From: Candidatus Latescibacterota bacterium
GTDB lineage: Bacteria; Latescibacterota; UBA2968; GCA-2709665
NCBI GenBank assembly: GCA_965226795.1
Contig: CBDDDZ010000004.1
Location: 352,001-416,000 of the forward strand
Length of the DNA stretch: 64,000 nt
Direction: 5' to 3'
The translations under genes and the position numbers were made by a program. Under the pieces are notes generated by a model that did not search any database, was not told the DNA's origin, and saw only the letters and a list, made by a program, of their open reading frames with translations. This document shows, piece after piece, positions 59,133-64,000 of the stretch; the first letter of the stretch is position 1; the number at the start of each line of letters is the position of its first letter.

Positions 59133-61595
59133 ATGACAAACGAACTCTACCACAATAGCCCGAACCGGCTGGTCTGCGTTTTTTTCTGGTTATGTTTTCT
59201 GGTTGCCTCACTGGTGCCGGAGGTCCCCGCGGGCGAGCAGGCAGGTTCCGCCGTCAACCCGGCCGAGAGAGATTCGCTGGCATTGACGGCCGAACAGCAG
59301 ATGCGATCGGGAGCTTTTCAGGAAGCGGCCGAAATCCTTCGGCAGCTTGTCGAGGCATTTCCGGACGACGCCGACCTCCTGAACCGGCAGGGGAACGCCC
59401 TATTGAAAACGGGAGATTTCAAATCCGCCATAAAGGCTTTCGAATCGGCCATTAAACTCGATCCCGACCGTCCGGACACCTACGTGGGGCTCGGGCTGGC
59501 CAGATTAAGGAACTCGGGAAGGGGAATGGAGGCGTTTTTCAACGTTCGCCAGGCCGTCGGCCAAGCCAAATCCGCCATCGAGATCAACGCCGCTTACGGG
59601 CCGGCCTACCGGCTCCTGGGGGAGGCCTACGGACGATTTGAAGAAGACCACGAAAAGGCCATGGGCTACTATATGACGTACATCGAGTTGGAACCCGATA
59701 ACCCCGATGGACGCTACGAATTCGGGCTTTCGTGTATTCAGCTCGGGCAGTACGAAAAAATCGACACCTATATCACCCCCTTTGTCGAGAAGCACCCGTC
59801 GGAGACCCAACTGCTTCCACTGGCCGCGCAGGCGCATTTCTACCTGGAACGTTTTGGACGGGCACTGGAACTCTTCGAGCGATATCTGCAGACGCTGGAC
59901 CACGCGGAACGCGGTCTATATTCCGACATCTCCCTGATTGCCTCGCAAGAGGAACTCCAGGAATACCGGGCCGCCACCGGCGAGGAACAGGCGGCCTACC
60001 TGAAGAGGTTCTGGTTGAAAAGAGATTCCGATATCCTGACCGCGATTAACGAGAGGATAATCGAGCACTACCGCCGCGTCTGGTACGCCCGGACTTTCTT
60101 CGCCATCGGCGCCCACCCGTGGGACAGGCGAGGGGACGTTTATATACGTTACGGGGAGCCCGATTACCGATCCCGGTCCACGCACAGGCAATTTGTGCAG
60201 AATCCGAAGGTCCAGGCCGTACGAGACAGGATGGCAGTCGCCCTTTACGGTGACGAGGCCGCCCTCCTGACCTTTACCGGCCCCGTGTTTCCGGTACGAG
60301 CGAATCGCAGTCACCTGGCGGCCACGCTCTTCGACCGGGAGGATACGCCGGGTGCACCCGGCACGACATCGGCTGACGACGACCTCGGAATCGACGCTTC
60401 CGAGGTGTCGGTACTGGCGGAGAACGAAGAAGACCCCTTCGAGATGATTCGGGGAGACAGCCGTTTCGACGAGTTCGGGAATCTGAATACACGGCTCAAT
60501 TTCGGTGGGTACGCCCCGATCACACTGGACAACGAGGGTGGAACCGTGCCCTGGGAAACCTGGACGTACACGCGTATCGGAAACGGCATGGAAATAACGT
60601 TTACGGACGAAACGGGCACCGGAGCGTTCGACTTTGCGCCCATCCCGCCTCCGTCGCTGGACACGAACATTTCCCGGCTCTCCCGGTTCACCGAATACGC
60701 CCCCGGCGTCGTTTTTCGCAACGCGGTTGCCCGCATGCCCGACGTCTACCGTCCCAGGTTTCACCATCCCCCGCTGGACTTTTACTTCGATCTGGCCAGT
60801 TTCCGCGCTCCGGAGGGCAGGACGACACTGGAGGTCTACTATGGGATACCGGCCGCACAGGTGAAAGTCGGGCACAGACGCAATGTGTCGTATATTCAAG
60901 TCAAGTGCGCACTGGCACTGGCCCCCGTGGATTACAGCATTATCCATCGTACGGCATCAAGCCGCGCCTATCGCGTCGCGAGCGATTACAGAGGATCGCA
61001 GAAAGCATTCATGCCGGAGTTGCTCAAACTCCAGGTTCCACCCGGAAAATACGACCTTCAGGTCCAGATCAAGGATCTGATTTCCGGGCACACCGGTATA
61101 TACAGGCAGTCGGTGGAGGTGGAGGAATATCCCGAAGACCGGCTTCGTATCAGCGATATTCAACTTGCTGCCTCAATCGGCGAAACGAAAGTGCAAGATC
61201 GTTTCAAGAAAGGAGACGTGTGGGTCGTACCCATGCCAACCCGGAACTACCGGGGGGCCCAGCAGGTATACGCCTATTACGAGATCTACAATCTAAAGAA
61301 AGATCGATTCGGCCAGACGCGTTTCAAGGTAAAGTACGTTGTGCGTTACGTTTCAAAACCCATCCATGGGGCGCTCGGATCGGTCGCGTCCGGTCTCCGC
61401 TCGCTTTTCAGAAGCAAGAGACCCCAGGTCTCGGTTTCGTACGAACACGAGGGAACCGACCCGAACGAACAGGGATACCTGGAGATCGATCTCGGAAAGG
61501 TCAAACACGGGGTGAATGTCCTCGAGGTAAAAATAGAGGATCTTGTCAGCGGCAAGAGCGAGGACCGGGAAATTCGTTTTCAACACGGAGGTTAG
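59133..61595 (+). CDS. Secreted TPR + GWxTD-domain protein
   Basis: Signal peptide, TPRs, FWLKRD...NE, PWDRRGDVYIRYGEPD and WETWTY. Confidence 0.88.
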   Translation: MTNELYHNSPNRLVCVFFWLCFLVASLVPEVPAGEQAGSAVNPAERDSLALTAEQQMRSGAFQEAAEILRQLVEAFPDDADLLNRQGNALLKTGDFKSAIKAFESAIKLDPDRPDTYVGLGLARLRNSGRGMEAFFNVRQAVGQAKSAIEINAAYGPAYRLLGEAYGRFEEDHEKAMGYYMTYIELEPDNPDGRYEFGLSCIQLGQYEKIDTYITPFVEKHPSETQLLPLAAQAHFYLERFGRALELFERYLQTLDHAERGLYSDISLIASQEELQEYRAATGEEQAAYLKRFWLKRDSDILTAINERIIEHYRRVWYARTFFAIGAHPWDRRGDVYIRYGEPDYRSRSTHRQFVQNPKVQAVRDRMAVALYGDEAALLTFTGPVFPVRANRSHLAATLFDREDTPGAPGTTSADDDLGIDASEVSVLAENEEDPFEMIRGDSRFDEFGNLNTRLNFGGYAPITLDNEGGTVPWETWTYTRIGNGMEITFTDETGTGAFDFAPIPPPSLDTNISRLSRFTEYAPGVVFRNAVARMPDVYRPRFHHPPLDFYFDLASFRAPEGRTTLEVYYGIPAAQVKVGHRRNVSYIQVKCALALAPVDYSIIHRTASSRAYRVASDYRGSQKAFMPELLKLQVPPGKYDLQVQIKDLISGHTGIYRQSVEVEEYPEDRLRISDIQLAASIGETKVQDRFKKGDVWVVPMPTRNYRGAQQVYAYYEIYNLKKDRFGQTRFKVKYVVRYVSKPIHGALGSVASGLRSLFRSKRPQVSVSYEHEGTDPNEQGYLEIDLGKVKHGVNVLEVKIEDLVSGKSEDREIRFQHGG

Positions 61596-61695
61596 TGGAC
61601 GACTGGCGTGCGTATCAGATGGCTGAGAAAGTGGCGCCCGATGCGGCGGATCGAGCCTTTCCGTCAATATCTGCTTCGCCTGGACTATCGGACGC

Positions 61696-63298
61696 ATGAA
61701 AAAGAGAATGGAGATGAAGCCCCGCTCCGGATACATGCTGCTTTCGGCGATTTGCTTCCTTGCGCCTCTTTCCGGTCAGGAAACGCGGGCACAGACCGCC
61801 GGGTTCGATCCGGAAACCCTGGCCAGGCGATTCGTGGGCTTCGACGTCTCTCGAAACGCGGGAAAGGCATTTTCCGAGAGCGTGAGTTCCGCCACGCTGG
61901 CGTGGGGTGAGAGTTACTACCTGAACGCCTACGTGAAGATGTACCGGGTAACCCGGTACATGCGGTGGCTGGACAAGGTCGTGGACCACTTCGACCGGAT
62001 CGTCGCCAATATGAGCGACCACGACGGCGACGGTATTCCGGGTTGGCACACGGACCGGTATTCAGTGTCCCGGATGCGGGCCCGGGCGCTGCACAACCGG
62101 GGGACGGCGTCGATCGGACCCGAAGAGGCCACGGTCACGAATATTGAGCAGGCTCATGAAGCGATCGACGCGGAGTACATCTTCGAACGCGTCGGACCCA
62201 ATCGGTACGTGGTGCGGGACCTCACCGGCCCGGAGGTGGTTTACGACGGACCGTATTCTCCGGGCCAGGATATCCCTGGCATCGCGGGATTCAAGTTGCG
62301 CCTGGACAGGGTTCCGGAGATCGGAGACAAGTTCCGGGTGGAGACGTGGTCGGTGCGTCCCCTGGAATACGCCGTGCACGAGGGGATGATCCTGTACCCC
62401 ATCGCGCAGTTTATCGAACTGGCCCTGCGGAACGAGAGCCTTCAGGGGCGCTACGAGGAAAAAGCGCGGTCCTACCTCGATTTGATCGAAGATCGCGTAT
62501 TGAGAAAGCAGGAGCGCTCTTGGGTGCAGATGGCGCCTGGTATGGGGGCCTACCGGTTCACCGAATCATTGGCCGAACGATTTCCCAACCGGATTCTGCC
62601 GCACAACCAGTACCTCGCGCTCGGCCGCGTCTTTCTGGTGCTGAAAGACGTCTCCGAGAATCCTCTGTTCAAGGAACGCGCCACGCAGATGGCCTCGTAT
62701 TTCAAGAGTTCGCTGAAGGAAACCGGGGGTGCGTATACCTGGGCCTACTGGGACTGGGTCGAGGCCGGCAGGTCCGATCAAAGCGGCACGGAGGACACGA
62801 GCCACGGGCATATCGACGTGGAATTCGCCGTCGAGGCCTACCGGCGGGGCGTGGTCTTTACGCGGGCGGACATGCTCAGGTTTGCGCGGACGCTTACGGA
62901 TCGGATGTGGAACGGGTCGCTCGCAAATCCGAAGATCGGCGCCCGCGTGGACGGGCAGGACGGAGACGCAACGATAATCCGGGGTTGGATCGAACTGTGC
63001 CGGTGGGATCCACGAATCTGGGATATTTACTGGGCGCTGTTCAACCGCCTCGACGGACCCGGGCTGGAGATTCCGCACATCCTCCACACCAGGGCAGTGC
63101 TCGACGGCCCCCCCGAGCTCAAGTCGTCGGACTTCAACGGCGACAGACAGGTGGACTTCCAGGACTTTCTTGCATTTGCGCGAAACTTCGGTTTGACGTC
63201 GGATTACGATTCGTTCGACGAAAAGTACGATCTGGACGGTGACGGGCACGTCAACTTCGCGGACTTCATTACTTATCGCCAGCGCATTCGGCGCCTGA
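61696..63298 (+). CDS. Secreted helical-barrel-like protein with a C-terminal dockerin-like EF-hand pair; +1 frameshift near the 3' end; absent from the ORF track
   Basis: Manual translation: MKKRMEMKPRSGYMLLSAICFLAP...AWGESYYLNAY...EDTSHGH...DFNGDRQVDFQDFLAFARNFG...YDLDGDGHVNFADFI. The expected ending LIASAFGA* is in the +1 frame (TGA 63296-63298). Confidence 0.8.
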
Positions 63299-63403
63299 AG
63301 CACGTGGAAATATATAACCCAACAGGTATGGTGCGAACGAATACGCGCCAGCCCGAACCCGGCGGAATCCAACACGAGACCAGCAATGGGAGAGAGATCG
63401 GCA

Positions 63404-64000
63404 ATGCCCGTCAATGGGCTTGCGCGGGGTCGTCTGTCGGCTCGGGCCATGGCCGGTACGGCCTGGTTTTGCGTTCGGATAGCGGCCGGCGTCGCAATCG
63501 TTGTGGTGCCGTTCGGTTATGCGATCACCGGCGTACACACGGATGTCCTTATGGGGACAGGTTCCGGGCTCGCGTTCGGCGTCGGCCTGGGGCTCCGCAT
63601 GGGAAAGAGGTCGGGCCTGTCGACCGGCATCCTGGTCGGTTCGGTGGCCGGGCTGATCACGTCGCTTCTTGCCGGCATCATACCCCAGGATGGCACACTG
63701 TTCATCGTTCCGCCGGTGGTTGCGCTCGCTGTTGGTCTGGTCGACGGGATCTCGCCGGCGGCTCAGCGCGGATATCGGCGCGCCGTCCTCGAGTCCCTTA
63801 CGATGTCCGTCCTGCTCGGATTGGGTCTGCTGCCCGGGCTCGGTGTCCACGGACTGATATCTTCACTAATGGTGATGGCGCCGACCGCCCTTATTGCGGG
63901 CTCGTACCGACAGATCGCCGCCAGGCGCCCATTCCGTCCCCCCGTGTTGCTGATTCTCGGATCCCTGGCTATATGGGCCTCGGTAGTCTTCCTGGCAGCG
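63404..64000 (+). CDS. Multi-pass membrane protein (partial, runs off the window)
   Basis: Open frame MPVNGLARG...RIAAGVAIVVVPFGY...GILVGSVAGLITSLLAG with several hydrophobic segments. Alternative ATG at 63386. Confidence 0.7.
   Translation, partial: MPVNGLARGRLSARAMAGTAWFCVRIAAGVAIVVVPFGYAITGVHTDVLMGTGSGLAFGVGLGLRMGKRSGLSTGILVGSVAGLITSLLAGIIPQDGTLFIVPPVVALAVGLVDGISPAAQRGYRRAVLESLTMSVLLGLGLLPGLGVHGLISSLMVMAPTALIAGSYRQIAARRPFRPPVLLILGSLAIWASVVFLAA

Noticed and set aside
1..64000. CRISPR array, tRNA, rRNA, integrase or transposase
   Set aside because: No regularly spaced repeats, cloverleaf or recombinase motifs were found by eye. tRNAscan-SE and cmscan would be needed to exclude them fully.

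Overview
GC-rich bacterial chromosomal window with about 45 genes. No rRNA, tRNA, CRISPR array or transposase was recognised. The gene content (TPR-GWxTD proteins, WD40/Fn3/Ig proteins with C-terminal dockerin-like EF-hand pairs, many sugar-acid and amine catabolic enzymes) suggests a Latescibacterota/Gemmatimonadota-like organism; this is inference only. Most metabolic and housekeeping genes are intact: csp, sthA, RluA, msrB, psd, yiaK, a D-threonine-aldolase-family/RidA/SDR/E1-E2 operon and a creatininase-sialidase-aminotransferase cluster. Several secreted or surface-protein genes carry stops, frameshifts or deletions. The most notable signals are: (1) a ~168-bp non-coding element in three same-orientation copies, with terminal inverted repeats, CTAG-like ends that overlap host stop codons, compensatory base changes between copies and a nested 23-bp insert; (2) three proteins plus an internally collapsed relic that share a dockerin-like C-terminal tag, one of them missing from the supplied ORF track; (3) a broken ~1,750-aa Fn3/Cys-paired Ig adhesin; (4) a 209-bp frameshifting duplication that creates a possible rescue start codon; (5) an orphan catabolic operon with a YxxxM short-chain dehydrogenase.
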